Assembly (NCBI GenBank): GCA_965116885.1
Contig: OZ220741.1
Location: 5,088,001 to 5,152,000, forward strand
From: Candidatus Latescibacterota bacterium
Lineage (GTDB): Bacteria > Latescibacterota > UBA2968
Direction of reading: 5' to 3'
DNA length: 64,000 bases
The number at the start of each line of letters is the position of its first letter. The first letter of the stretch is position 1. Of the stretch, positions 29,334 through 39,636 are shown piece by piece. The position numbers and the translations under genes are program-made. The notes beneath the pieces were generated by a model. It saw nothing but the letters and a program-made list of their open reading frames with translations, was not told where the DNA came from and did not search any database.

Positions 29334-30356
29334 GTGCCTGCCCACCCCATATTTTTAGATATGAATGACATCCCGTTCCTGGACAGAAACCGGGCAGACC
29401 AGTATTTTTTAAATACCCTTGAGATACTCCAGGCCGAAAGCCGCAATCCATCGGTAGTTATGGAGGTATTTCCCAATGCCGACGGCCTCTTGTGCGGCAT
29501 CCGAGAGGTCCTGGATATTTTGCGCGAGACATTGCCTGAAAATACAGAGGTCTGGTCGCTGGATGAAGGATCGGCAATGGCGCGCAAAGAAGTGGTACTG
29601 CGCCTTCACGCAGATTACTGCGCCGTCGGAATTTTTGAAACGGCGCTACTGGGCACGCTCGCGCATGGTAGCGGCTGGGCCACTGCGGCGCGAGCCTGTG
29701 TAGAAGCTGCGGGAGAGATACCCGTGATCAGTTTTGGCGCACGGCACGTACATCCCGCCGTATCAGACCGCATGGAATACGCCGCATTAATCGGAGGATG
29801 TGTTGGCTGTGCAACACCGGCAGGTGCTGCCCTATCCGATCAAAAAGCATCGGGTACCATGCCACACGCTCTGATGTTGATTTACGGCGATACAGTAGCC
29901 GCTACCCGAGCTTTTGATACCCACATGCCCGATTCCGTGCGGCGTGTTGTGCTGGTAGATACATTTCGCGACGAAGCCGAAGAAAGCGTGCGCGTCGCGC
30001 GTGCAATGGCCGGGCGATTGTGGGGCGTACGCCTGGATACACCCTCGGAATTGGGTGGCGTCACACCCGATCTGGTCTGGCGCGTACGCAGAGCATTGGA
30101 TAGCGCGGGCTTTGACCAGGTGGGTATTTTTATAAGTGGTGGGTTAACGCCCGAGCGGATTTCAGAATTTGTGCGGTTGAAGTGTCCGATTGTCGGTTTT
30201 GGCGTGGGCAGTGCAATCAGCGGCGCATCGCCAATTGATTTTACGGCAGATATTAAACAAATTGATGGCAAACCCATCGCCAAACGCGGTCGCAAAGCGG
30301 GTATCCAGAATAACCCGAGGCTTAAAAAAAATCGTCTCTTGTGGAGTGAAAATTGA
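29334..30356 (+). CDS. pncB: Nicotinate phosphoribosyltransferase (short type)
   Basis: DQYF, SFGARHVHP, GTMPHAL, LVDTF, GVRLDTP, SGGL, FGVGSAI, AKRG. Confidence 0.85.
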   Translation: MPAHPIFLDMNDIPFLDRNRADQYFLNTLEILQAESRNPSVVMEVFPNADGLLCGIREVLDILRETLPENTEVWSLDEGSAMARKEVVLRLHADYCAVGIFETALLGTLAHGSGWATAARACVEAAGEIPVISFGARHVHPAVSDRMEYAALIGGCVGCATPAGAALSDQKASGTMPHALMLIYGDTVAATRAFDTHMPDSVRRVVLVDTFRDEAEESVRVARAMAGRLWGVRLDTPSELGGVTPDLVWRVRRALDSAGFDQVGIFISGGLTPERISEFVRLKCPIVGFGVGSAISGASPIDFTADIKQIDGKPIAKRGRKAGIQNNPRLKKNRLLWSEN

Positions 30357-30598
30357 ATATCAAAGTACTCTTTTTTGCATCTTGTCGCGATTTGATTGGC
30401 ACTGGTGAGCGGGAAATGACACTGCCAGACAGCGCGACAGTAACGGATTTGATATCAAAGCTCGCATTGGAACAGGCGCGGTTTATAGACATGGCACCGA
30501 GTTTGATGGTGTCGATCAATCAAGCGTATGTGGAACGGGATGCGGAACTTCAAGATGGCGATGAGGTGGCATTTATCCCGCCTGTGAGTGGCGGATAG
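30353..30598 (+). CDS. moaD: Molybdopterin synthase sulfur carrier subunit
   Basis: IKVLFFA...DGDEVAFIPPVSGG with C-terminal GG. Confidence 0.95.
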   Translation: MNIKVLFFASCRDLIGTGEREMTLPDSATVTDLISKLALEQARFIDMAPSLMVSINQAYVERDAELQDGDEVAFIPPVSGG

Positions 30599-30630
30599 GT
30601 GCTACCTGTTCATCTTTAGAGGAAATTATT

Positions 30631-31074
30631 ATGGCTGGTGATGTGTATAAAATCCAGGATAAAAAAATAAAACCAGATGCATTATACAATGCTGTACTGG
30701 CGGATTCGGACGGCGCAGTAACCACATTTGCGGGCGTGGTGCGAGACAATACAAAAGGGCGTGGAACCTCCTATCTCGTCTATGATGCGTATAGAGATAT
30801 GGCTGAAAAGAAAATGCGGGAAATCGGAGATGAAATAAAAGAAAAGTGGGAGGTGGATTGCGTGGGAATACTGCACCGCGTAGGACGGTTGGAAATTGGG
30901 GAAATCAGCGTCCTAATTGCGGTTTCTTCTCCACATCGCAAAGCGTCTTTGAAAGCGTGTCACTACGCGATTGATCGGTTAAAACAGACCGTGCCGATTT
31001 GGAAAAAAGAAGTGTGGACAGACGGAGGTGAAGCCTGGATCGAGGGCGACCCATCTGCTCTGGCTTCGCGTTGA
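30631..31074 (+). CDS. moaE: Molybdopterin synthase catalytic subunit
   Basis: GAVTTFAGVVRD, HRVGRL, SSPHR, IDRLKQTVPIWKKE. Confidence 0.95.
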   Translation: MAGDVYKIQDKKIKPDALYNAVLADSDGAVTTFAGVVRDNTKGRGTSYLVYDAYRDMAEKKMREIGDEIKEKWEVDCVGILHRVGRLEIGEISVLIAVSSPHRKASLKACHYAIDRLKQTVPIWKKEVWTDGGEAWIEGDPSALASR

Positions 31075-31140
31075 GAAATGCGATGCTGTTCCTGACCATA
31101 TAAGCTATAGGACGTTCCCGTGCGGAGCCATCTTCCCGCT

Positions 31141-32364
31141 TCATGGATCACCTCTAACCGCAGTCTGCACCACCATGCCTTCAGTTGCAAACTGAATCCC
31201 GCCTATGACGACCGCCTGTCCGGCTTCCAGAGTGCCGGTTACGAACACCTTATCATCGGAACGCTGAAGGACGCGCACCGGGACGATGGTCAATAGTTTG
31301 TCATCGCGCACTGCCCAAATCTCGTTGCCTGGCCTGAGTGCTGACCGTCGCAAGATGAAGTACCGGTCTGGGATGATCCCCTCAATTCGTACTTTCACAA
31401 ACTTACCCACAAGAAGGGGCGGGCCAGGATCAGCATTTGCATCATCGCCATCTGCTCCAGCCCAGGTGCCGCTTGCAAAGGGGTCCGGAACGCGTACGAT
31501 AGCGTTGATGGTACGCGTCTGTTCGTCCAGAGATGCCTCCGCTCGGTCCACGTAGCCCTCCCAGGCGTAGCTCCTTTCGCCGTATTCAGCAATGACGCGA
31601 GCCTTGACCCGCCTGTCTCCGTCGCCCGCTTCCAACTCCCATAGGCCGGGGATGAGAACCGCGTTGGCGTCGGACAGGGGAACCACTACTTCGACAGCGT
31701 CGGCCGCGTAAAGTCGCCCTACGCTCTGGCCAGCTACCACGAATTGCCCCACATCTATCGACTCGATCCGCACGATTCCGCTGAAAGGCGCGCGCACCTC
31801 TGTGCGGGACAAAGCCAACTCAGCGTCAGCGAGCATGGCACTATCTCTGCCTAAAGCGGCTTGGGCAGCCTCGAGCTGAGGCTGCCGCAATACCAGAGGG
31901 CCAGCCTCCTTCAGCGACGTGCTATCCGCCTGACGGCGTTTATATTGCGCGTACTCAGCGCGTGCGATCCGGGACTCTTCCTCCTCCTGGAGAAGTACTA
32001 CCTGCTGTGCGGCCACGTTGGCCTGTGCCTGCTGAACTCTGTTGCGGTAGTCAGCGTCCTCAATGCGGAAGATAACCTGCCCTTTGCGAACGCGTCCGCC
32101 ACTCTGAAAGGCCGGATCCACCCAAACAACCTTACCATTGATTTCGGCAGCGACATCTATCTCTGCGACAGGTCGAACCGTCCCGGCTCCGTACACGGGG
32201 ATTGCACTGGCACCAGCCACTGCAGGAGTTGTGGTTACGAAGGGAATCTGGGTGGGAAGAGGCCGAAGTTCCGGCTCGGGCTTCAGCCAGACCATAAGGC
32301 TGGCAAAAAACAAGGATGTGAGAAGAACGGCACCGGCCATGAGTAAGTTTCTTCCTCGATTCAT
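31141..32364 (-). CDS. RND periplasmic adaptor subunit (membrane fusion protein), orphan
   Basis: N-terminal TM; GTVRP...AEINGKV; helical hairpin; RTEVRAPFSG; IDVGQFV; DEQTRT. GC-rich relative to flanks. ATG 32364 preferred. Confidence 0.9.
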   Translation of the reverse strand: MNRGRNLLMAGAVLLTSLFFASLMVWLKPEPELRPLPTQIPFVTTTPAVAGASAIPVYGAGTVRPVAEIDVAAEINGKVVWVDPAFQSGGRVRKGQVIFRIEDADYRNRVQQAQANVAAQQVVLLQEEEESRIARAEYAQYKRRQADSTSLKEAGPLVLRQPQLEAAQAALGRDSAMLADAELALSRTEVRAPFSGIVRIESIDVGQFVVAGQSVGRLYAADAVEVVVPLSDANAVLIPGLWELEAGDGDRRVKARVIAEYGERSYAWEGYVDRAEASLDEQTRTINAIVRVPDPFASGTWAGADGDDANADPGPPLLVGKFVKVRIEGIIPDRYFILRRSALRPGNEIWAVRDDKLLTIVPVRVLQRSDDKVFVTGTLEAGQAVVIGGIQFATEGMVVQTAVRGDP

Positions 32365-32522
32365 CTCTTTTCTCTTTTCAGTACAGGCTGATTCGATGTG
32401 CGGCTTGGCATTGATAAGCCCCACAAAAAAGGGAATACTTATCCCCATACACCATAGCATACACTTTTACAAAATGCAAGAATTTTTAAATTTGATTAGT
32501 ATTTAGAATATCTTGAGGTTTT

Positions 32523-33965
32523 TTATAGTTTTTGCAATGCGGTGTGGAAGGTCCAGAGACGCCATTGGGCATTGTCGAAATTTGAAAGTTTGATGCGTAT
32601 TTCCGAAGGCCCAATGGGAAGTTCACATGGAATATGGTCAATGGCGAATCCATTGTCATGTTGCCCCGCGTGGATCTCTGCGCCATTGAGCCACACGCGG
32701 ATCCAGTCGTCATACCCCACAACGAGAGTGTAAGCTCCCGCTTCAGGCGGAGTGATTTGTCCCACCGCATAAGCGGAGACATTGACGGGTTGGGTGCCCA
32801 CATTGGTGCGTTTGCGACCTCGGAAGTAGCGCGTGAAATCGCACCAGCCGCGTTCTGAATCCGTTTGAATGGGCATAGAAAATGTGGCGGACGCACTCTC
32901 GCCCATGTAGATATCAAAATCAGCAGTGTGCGTGTTGGGCCAATCGACGATGGAATTCTCTGCCCATTCAGGCCGATTGAAATCCTCGCGTGTATTGCAG
33001 CGAAAAGGTCCTGCGATTTGCCATTGATCTGGCGTGAGAATAGCTGGCGGGTCAACGGGATTGACATAGGCGTAGATAACGCTTTCCACATCATTCCCAC
33101 GAGACCCGAAACGAATAATTGCCGAGTGATCAAACCATATTGGATCGGGACCAAAAAAGCGGTACATCACCCCTTCGTAACCAGAGCCTCCCGCTGTGTG
33201 TTCAGTGCTCCGATGAATGTGCGGCGCACCGACCCAGTCGGTTTGTACCTTCCATATCCCAAAGCTCATATTAAAAATATCCTCTCCACCAATGCCGCGC
33301 AGGACATGGGGATCGCTTTCCCCATCGAGCAACCACAGGTCTCCACCGGTATGATACCAAGCATCAGCGCGATCTCTTACGACCACGCCTTTGACCATGC
33401 CCGCGATAAATCCATTGCCCGAATAGTCAGCCATCAGCATACTGCCCAGCGATTGAGCGGGATATTCGCCACGGTGTGTGACGTGGAGGCGCAATGGAGT
33501 TAATTCGGTATTGGCATACGACGCCCAATCGGCCATGAACCAGAGCGGAATCGCGTGATCGCTATTATTTATAATTTCGAGACGCAGCGATTTGAAAGGG
33601 ATGGGCAAATAACAATTGAGCGCGTTTTTGGGAAGGATTTTGATAGCCGCGCTATCAATGGGATAAATATCGTGTTCGAAGAGAATGGCAAAAAAACGAG
33701 CGATGGGGAGATCGACAGTGGGATCGTCCTCCCCATCGCAATAGAGGCGGAGTTGCAAATCGTGGATGGGATCGCGCGCATCGCCTTCGCGCTTATACCC
33801 ATAAGTGAGCCACCAGTGATGGATACACCCTGGACCTTCTTCATCAAAGAGAACTGCCGTTTCGCCAGGCGCAACATTGGGACGACGGGTAACGCGTTGA
33901 CTTTTGCCGCGAATGGGCAATTCGAGCTCTGCGTGAAAAAGGCGATTCATCACTGAATTTTTCAA
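32523..33965 (-). CDS. DUF2961 / GH172-like glycoside hydrolase with C-terminal beta-sandwich (PA14-like)
   Basis: GPGCIHHWW.T, LRLYCDGE..PTVD.PI..FF, NCYLPIPF, GIGGEDIFN, YRFF..DPI.F; C-terminal DDWIRVWLNG. Confidence 0.75.
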   Translation of the reverse strand: MKNSVMNRLFHAELELPIRGKSQRVTRRPNVAPGETAVLFDEEGPGCIHHWWLTYGYKREGDARDPIHDLQLRLYCDGEDDPTVDLPIARFFAILFEHDIYPIDSAAIKILPKNALNCYLPIPFKSLRLEIINNSDHAIPLWFMADWASYANTELTPLRLHVTHRGEYPAQSLGSMLMADYSGNGFIAGMVKGVVVRDRADAWYHTGGDLWLLDGESDPHVLRGIGGEDIFNMSFGIWKVQTDWVGAPHIHRSTEHTAGGSGYEGVMYRFFGPDPIWFDHSAIIRFGSRGNDVESVIYAYVNPVDPPAILTPDQWQIAGPFRCNTREDFNRPEWAENSIVDWPNTHTADFDIYMGESASATFSMPIQTDSERGWCDFTRYFRGRKRTNVGTQPVNVSAYAVGQITPPEAGAYTLVVGYDDWIRVWLNGAEIHAGQHDNGFAIDHIPCELPIGPSEIRIKLSNFDNAQWRLWTFHTALQKL

Positions 33966-34066
33966 TCAGATTTGTGTTCCGAAGAAATAACAATAAAACC
34001 AATGACGAACAGAGTCACTATAAACGTCATAAACAGAACCATACCAATAGGAATACCACCAATCAT
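33962..34066 (-). CDS. Small single-pass membrane protein (34 aa), absent from the ORF track
   Basis: MIGGIPIGMVLFMTFIVTLFVIGFIVISSEHKSD*; RBS AAAGGAG 7 nt upstream; its TGA overlaps the TTG start of the DUF2961 gene. Confidence 0.7.
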   Translation of the reverse strand: MIGGIPIGMVLFMTFIVTLFVIGFIVISSEHKSD

Positions 34067-34107
34067 TGTGTGTCTCCTTTGGGCTTAATGAATTTTAGAG
34101 AATCCCC

Positions 34108-35832
34108 TTACGCGGTGAAGAAAGCGACCACGGTCCAGCAAATTGCAGCGAGGCCAGCGGCAATGGAGGCTTGCGGAATTTGCGTTTTGACGTGATCCAT
34201 CAGGTCGCAACCCGTACACATAGAACTGAGCACCGTAGTATCTGAAATAGGCGAGCACTGATCGCCGTAAACGCTACCATCAATAACAGCGGCAAAACAC
34301 AGCGTCATAAATAGTTCGGGGTGTGACAGGCCATTTGCCGTGGCAACCGCCCAGGCCAGTGGCATAGCCAGTGGAAAAGCAACCGCATACGTGCCCCAAC
34401 TCGTACCTGTGGAAAAGGCAATCGACATCGTGAGAAGCTGGAGCAAAACCGGCAAAATGAAATATGGAATGGTATCCCCGAGTTGCTCGACCAAAAAGAT
34501 GCCCCCACCCGTTTCTTTACTGATGCCACCAATAGTAATAGCCAGCAAGAGAATAACCGAGCCGAGCACCACGCCTTTGAGACCATCGTGAAATCCCGAG
34601 ACAATATCCTTAAGCGACATGCCCTTGGCAAGAGCCATACCCACGGCTAAAAGAAGCGCGATGCCAAAAGCCCATTGCACATTCGGAGATCCGCTGATAA
34701 TAAAAGTCCCGATAGCAATGGCGATAAGCGCGCCCAGAGGCAGGAAAAATTCGAGAACATGCGGCGTGTAGCCTTCGGGCACATTGCTTCCCTGCAGTTC
34801 TTTGGCACTCAAAGGATCGGCATCGTCGGCGTCGAGTTGCCCCGTCTCTCGAGAGCGCTGCATAGCTTCCTTGAGTTGCTTGCCCAAAAAGAGAGGTTTT
34901 TCAATACTGAGCAAGAACGTGCCCAACACGGCGAAAATGGCGTAGAAGCAGAAGGGAACACTCTTAAAAAAGAAGAGAAGACGGTCGGCTTCGGTAGCTA
35001 AAAAACTGACGCCAGCGACAAAAATAAAAGCCTGAACATAGCCGGGCCAGGCATTGAAAGCGAGTTGTGAAGCAATCGGTGAAGCGGTCGAATCGACGAT
35101 GTACGCAAGTTCTTCGTGGCTGATTTTTTCCTCGTCGGCAATGGGTTTGACAGTTGTACCGACCAGCACTGTACTGACAGTGCCGCCCTGAAAAAAGATG
35201 ACACCGAGCATCCAGGCGACGAGCTTGGCACTCTTGGGACCGCGCACAAAACGCACAGTCATAAATTCGGCAAAAGCTTGCGCTGCACCCGTGCGCGACC
35301 ATATCCCCATAAGCCCACCCAGGAGCCACAAATAGAGCAATAATATACTCGCGGCATTTGTCGTTGATAATGAGGGAATTAAAACCTCGCCCGTAAAGTC
35401 ATATCGCGTCAAAATAAGCGCGCCCGAAATAATACCGCCCAACAGAGCTGTAACGGGTTCTTTGGTAATCCAGCACAATAGCACGGCCACTATCGCCGGC
35501 AGCAGTGACCAGTAGCCCCAGTGGTGTTTTGCAAGAAGCTGTTTGTATTTTGTTTCTCCGTTTTCCACGAATGAGACAAATTCCTCTTTGATGGGAGGCG
35601 TTTCATTCGAGCCGTGTATCCTTGAGGGATTGAGTTCGGCTTGTTCAATCGGCACCGCATCGAAATAGGCGGGTTTGCCTCTGTAGATGTAATACAGATT
35701 GCCGCTATCGTCTGTGAGCGCGTGTAAGGTAATTTGTTCAACGGTCCATGTGGGCGGCACAGTTGACCCCACAATCCACGATACAATTATGGCAACGACA
35801 AAAATGACAAAATTGCGAATACCTGTAGGCAT
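34108..35832 (-). CDS. NhaC-family / ion-transporter superfamily antiporter
   Basis: [59 protein letters not shown] before ATG 35832. Confidence 0.88.
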   Translation of the reverse strand: MPTGIRNFVIFVVAIIVSWIVGSTVPPTWTVEQITLHALTDDSGNLYYIYRGKPAYFDAVPIEQAELNPSRIHGSNETPPIKEEFVSFVENGETKYKQLLAKHHWGYWSLLPAIVAVLLCWITKEPVTALLGGIISGALILTRYDFTGEVLIPSLSTTNAASILLLYLWLLGGLMGIWSRTGAAQAFAEFMTVRFVRGPKSAKLVAWMLGVIFFQGGTVSTVLVGTTVKPIADEEKISHEELAYIVDSTASPIASQLAFNAWPGYVQAFIFVAGVSFLATEADRLLFFFKSVPFCFYAIFAVLGTFLLSIEKPLFLGKQLKEAMQRSRETGQLDADDADPLSAKELQGSNVPEGYTPHVLEFFLPLGALIAIAIGTFIISGSPNVQWAFGIALLLAVGMALAKGMSLKDIVSGFHDGLKGVVLGSVILLLAITIGGISKETGGGIFLVEQLGDTIPYFILPVLLQLLTMSIAFSTGTSWGTYAVAFPLAMPLAWAVATANGLSHPELFMTLCFAAVIDGSVYGDQCSPISDTTVLSSMCTGCDLMDHVKTQIPQASIAAGLAAICWTVVAFFTA

Positions 35833-36085
35833 ATACTCCCTCCAGAATAAGGATATAAAAAATGCGACGAGAAGGCGCCCCAAAATAAGGCGGTAAAATG
35901 TACTTGTCAATTGCTTTGACGCGGGATGAACATAGAAAAATGGGATAAAACAAGTTGACTTTGTACATAAGTTTGTTACATTATCTTTAAATTTACCCCT
36001 TGGCCATGACCACCCCTATTTATGGCCGAAAGGGTTGTGTGCATGGCGAGATTTTTTTAAAGACGCCAGTGGCGAGGAGGGTTTT

Positions 36086-36277
36086 ATGGAGCAAGCGTTT
36101 CCACAGTGTTTGAAGTGCAACACGGGTATTTTGCTACCGCTGTCGGATTATGGGCGCGATGGGGCATCTATCATGTACAAAGCATGGGTATGCAACAATC
36201 CCAACTGCGGATTTAATTTGCGGATTGACAACGGTGAAATTAGCACGGGCCGGGATATTACCGAGTCCTACAAGTAG
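36086..36277 (+). CDS. Small zinc-ribbon-like protein (63 aa)
   Basis: RBS GAGGAGG; CLKC...WVCNNPNCGF; own promoter-like TTGACT...TACATT and own terminator. Confidence 0.8.
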   Translation: MEQAFPQCLKCNTGILLPLSDYGRDGASIMYKAWVCNNPNCGFNLRIDNGEISTGRDITESYK

Positions 36278-36282
36278 AGCTC

Positions 36283-36323
36283 CCATTTCGGTGGGGTATT
36301 CCTCACCGAAATGGTTGTTTTTT
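36283..36323 (+). terminator. Intrinsic terminator
   Basis: ccatttcggtgggg-tatt-cctcaccgaaatgg followed by ttgtttttt. Confidence 0.8.
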
Positions 36324-36439
36324 CCCTCACCGGTTTGCCGTTTCACCTTCTCCCAAAAAGGGCGGCACCGGTTTCTTTCTTTTTTCCCCTTCGTATGCCG
36401 ATACACTCCCCTTAATTTTCCAACAACTGATACATACTT

Positions 36440-37489
36440 ATGAGCATTTCTGATCGGCCCATTTTAGGTATTGAAACATCCTGCGACGAAACTGCAGCTG
36501 CCGTGGTAGCCGATGGACATATCTATTCCAACACAATTTTTTCCCAAACAGAACACAGCCTCTACGGCGGCGTGGTGCCCGAATTGGCATCTCGCAACCA
36601 CATACGAACACTCCTGCCCGTCGTCGATCGGGCACTTTCAGAAGCCGACCTGAAACTGGACGACTTAGGTGGTATTGCTGTGACCCAGGGACCCGGCCTG
36701 GTGGGTTGCCTGCTTGTGGGCATTTCCGTGGGCAAAGGGCTTGCACTCGGTTCGGGGTTGCCCCTTGTGGGTGTGCATCACATCGAAGGACATTTATTTG
36801 CAGGCAGTATGGCGCATCCCGACCTGGTGCCGCCTTTTATGGCACTGGTGGCTTCGGGAGGGCATACGGAATTGATTTATGTCTGTGCATGGGGTAATTA
36901 CGAGCGTTGGGGACGCACGCGCGACGATGCCGCAGGTGAAGCATTTGATAAAGTGGCTAAAATACTGGGGCTATTGCGCGAAGGGGAGGTCACCATGGGC
37001 GGACCGCGTATTTCGATGCTTGCCGAAGAGGGAAATCCCGATGCCTTTGATTTTCCGCGTGCAATGATCAACGATCCGGGATTTGATTTTAGTTTTAGCG
37101 GGTTAAAAACGTCTGTACTCTATCGGATTCGCGATCTCGCCGTAGAGGATATTGAAGCTATCGGAGCAAATATTGCGGCGAGTTTTCAGGCGGCTGTAGT
37201 CGATGTGCTGGTGGATAAGACAATCAGAGCAGCGCGGGAAGCAGGTACAGAGCGGGTATTGCTTTCGGGTGGAGTCGCCGCCAACCGCGCGCTACGGGCG
37301 CAACTCGATGGCAGAGCCTCCAAACTTGGGATGGGTGTATTTTATCCGCCGACAGCCCTGTGTACAGATAATGCGGCGATGATTGCTGGCGCAGGTGCTT
37401 TTCGCCTGGCCCGAGGTGAAGTTGCCAGAGGTAATTTGAATGCGGCCCCGCGGTTACCGCTGCCTGGATTGCGCGAGCGGCAGGTATAA
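36440..37489 (+). CDS. tsaD: tRNA N6-threonylcarbamoyltransferase
   Basis: ILGIETSCDET, GGVVPELASRNH, GPGL, HHIEGH, SGGHT, DDAAGEAFDK, SFSGLKT, CTDNAAMI. Confidence 0.97.
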   Translation: MSISDRPILGIETSCDETAAAVVADGHIYSNTIFSQTEHSLYGGVVPELASRNHIRTLLPVVDRALSEADLKLDDLGGIAVTQGPGLVGCLLVGISVGKGLALGSGLPLVGVHHIEGHLFAGSMAHPDLVPPFMALVASGGHTELIYVCAWGNYERWGRTRDDAAGEAFDKVAKILGLLREGEVTMGGPRISMLAEEGNPDAFDFPRAMINDPGFDFSFSGLKTSVLYRIRDLAVEDIEAIGANIAASFQAAVVDVLVDKTIRAAREAGTERVLLSGGVAANRALRAQLDGRASKLGMGVFYPPTALCTDNAAMIAGAGAFRLARGEVARGNLNAAPRLPLPGLRERQV

Positions 37490-37491
37490 CA

Positions 37492-39636
37492 ATGCTGCGC
37501 GATATTGGGTTTTCCATCTCAGACGGATGGCTGCTATTACTCGTTGGCTGCGCCGGGATTTATCTCGCTTTTTTAATGTATCGCTCGCGCCTTACGGGCA
37601 TACATCAATTGTTGTTGAGCTTACGCGTCGCGGCACTCGTTTTGTTAATAGGCCTTTTAATAGAACCGATTCTTTCGCTGACGTTGCACACGCAGCGTTT
37701 GCCTTTAGTCGCCGTGCTCATCGACGATAGCGAAAGCATGAAAATTGCAGATGGCGATACCGCGCGTTTTGAAGTTGCAAAAGCCGTGCTGACCGATCCC
37801 ACACTCAAAAATTTGCGCGCGCGCGCACGGGTGATGCAGTTTCGGTTTGCCGATGTTTTAACGCCCCTGCGAGATAAAGAAGAACTTACCTGGGCGGGAC
37901 GAGCGACTGATCTGGCAGGTGCATTAGATGGATTGCGCGAGCGTACAATGGGTGAAGGGCTTGCTGCAGTAGTGCTCATCTCAGACGGCGGACAAAATTT
38001 GGGTGGGCGCCCCGAGCGGGCAGCGGTCGATCTGGGCGCGCCTGTACTCGCGGTGGGAACAGGTGACCCGGTTCCCCCTAAAGACGTGTCCATTGTATCG
38101 GTGGTTATCGATCCTCTGGGCTATGTGGGCAGGTCGCTTGTGATGCAAGTCCGCGTGCTTTCTTCCGGATTTGAACGGGTGCGCGAGCAGGTGCGCGTGC
38201 TCTTGAATAATCGGGAAGTGAGTGCCAAAACCATTGCGCTGGCCGATGGCGAACAGACCCTTGAATTTGAGATTAGACCCGAGCGATCCGGGCGGCATGC
38301 ATTTTCAGTACAGATTGCGGCACAGGCAGGTGAGCGCACAGTGGGTAACAACCGCGTAGTAGCCTCGACTGATGTGCTCGAAAGTCGCGTGAGAATTTTA
38401 ATACTTGCAGGCAGTCCGAGTGCCGATCTGGGCTATTTGCGACGCGTACTGCAGGAAGATGTCAATCTGGAAGTTGAAGTGCTGGTACGCACATTGACGG
38501 CCGGGTGGCAAAAAGATGTGCATCGCGCGTTGCGCTCATTGGACGAGCGCGATATTGTCGCGTTGATCAACGCGCCCTACGAAGTACTTGCAGGTCTGCC
38601 AGAGCAGGCACTTGTCGCCTTTGTGCAAAAAGGCGGGGGACTGTTGACCCTGGGGGGCAATGCCGCTTTTGGTGATGGGTATGCGCGCTCGGCATTGGCC
38701 GATGTTTTGCCCGTGCAGTTTTTGGGATCGTCAGACACATTTCAAGAACGCGCTTTTGCCCTTTCGTTTCCCGATTCTCGCCACCCCATCTTGCGCGTAT
38801 CCGACGATCCACTAAGCGACCGCGATGCCTGGGAGGCATTGCCGCCACTTCTGTCTTATAATCGCGTGGGAACTGCTGTTCCCAACGCAACTGTATTAGC
38901 GCATCATCCCACAGAGCGCATTGATGGTAAATCAATGCCCTTACTGGCAATTCGCCGCGTAGGCGCGGGAAAAACTGCGGCTGTAGCGTATCAAACATTT
39001 TGGCGTCACGGGCTGATGATGTGGGGCGATGGCAAGACCGATGCCGTGGCACGCGCATTTTGGAAAAATATGGTGCGCTGGCTGGTCACGCGCGACGAGG
39101 TCTCACGTCTAAAAATCATGACTGAAAAGCCTGCGTATCGAAGCGGTGAGGCAGTCGCGGTACATGCAAGCGTTTTTGACCGTCTATTGCAGCCGCGTCC
39201 AGGCGCGCGGGTTCTCGCGCGAGTCGGCGACAGCCTGGGGGTAAGAGAAGTTCTCCTGCGTGATTTGGGCGGTGGACGGTATGCTGGCAATTTGGGACGT
39301 TTCCCACAAGGCGATTACGAGCTTCAAGTACAGGCACGGGCCGATGATGGTGATCTGGGTACGGGTATGGGGCGTTTTACTGTGGGAAGATACAGCCTGG
39401 AATACGAAACCGTGCGCATGCGCGCCGAACTGCTCGGCGATATTGCTACGCGCAGTGGCGGGCAATATGTGAGACCGGGTGATCTGAAGACGGCGCTCGA
39501 TTCGCTTATTCTGGCTCCTGAGCCTGTTATCACCCACCACCGGTTCAGGTTGTGGGGGCATGAGTGGCCGCTATTTTTGCTGGTAGGGCTGCTGGTATTT
39601 GAATGGACTATTCGACGAAGATTGGGGATGATATAA
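37492..39636 (+). CDS. Membrane protein with vWA and GATase1-like domains
   Basis: N-terminal TMs, DDSESM MIDAS-like motif, TDL, ISDG, 'FVQKGGGLL', 'GAGK', C-terminal EWTIRRRLG. Confidence 0.75.
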   Translation: MLRDIGFSISDGWLLLLVGCAGIYLAFLMYRSRLTGIHQLLLSLRVAALVLLIGLLIEPILSLTLHTQRLPLVAVLIDDSESMKIADGDTARFEVAKAVLTDPTLKNLRARARVMQFRFADVLTPLRDKEELTWAGRATDLAGALDGLRERTMGEGLAAVVLISDGGQNLGGRPERAAVDLGAPVLAVGTGDPVPPKDVSIVSVVIDPLGYVGRSLVMQVRVLSSGFERVREQVRVLLNNREVSAKTIALADGEQTLEFEIRPERSGRHAFSVQIAAQAGERTVGNNRVVASTDVLESRVRILILAGSPSADLGYLRRVLQEDVNLEVEVLVRTLTAGWQKDVHRALRSLDERDIVALINAPYEVLAGLPEQALVAFVQKGGGLLTLGGNAAFGDGYARSALADVLPVQFLGSSDTFQERAFALSFPDSRHPILRVSDDPLSDRDAWEALPPLLSYNRVGTAVPNATVLAHHPTERIDGKSMPLLAIRRVGAGKTAAVAYQTFWRHGLMMWGDGKTDAVARAFWKNMVRWLVTRDEVSRLKIMTEKPAYRSGEAVAVHASVFDRLLQPRPGARVLARVGDSLGVREVLLRDLGGGRYAGNLGRFPQGDYELQVQARADDGDLGTGMGRFTVGRYSLEYETVRMRAELLGDIATRSGGQYVRPGDLKTALDSLILAPEPVITHHRFRLWGHEWPLFLLVGLLVFEWTIRRRLGMI

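Noticed and set aside
31099..31108. tataagctat, identical to 16125-16134, beside the orphan adaptor gene
   Set aside because: A 10-bp AT-rich match is too short to distinguish from chance; noted only.
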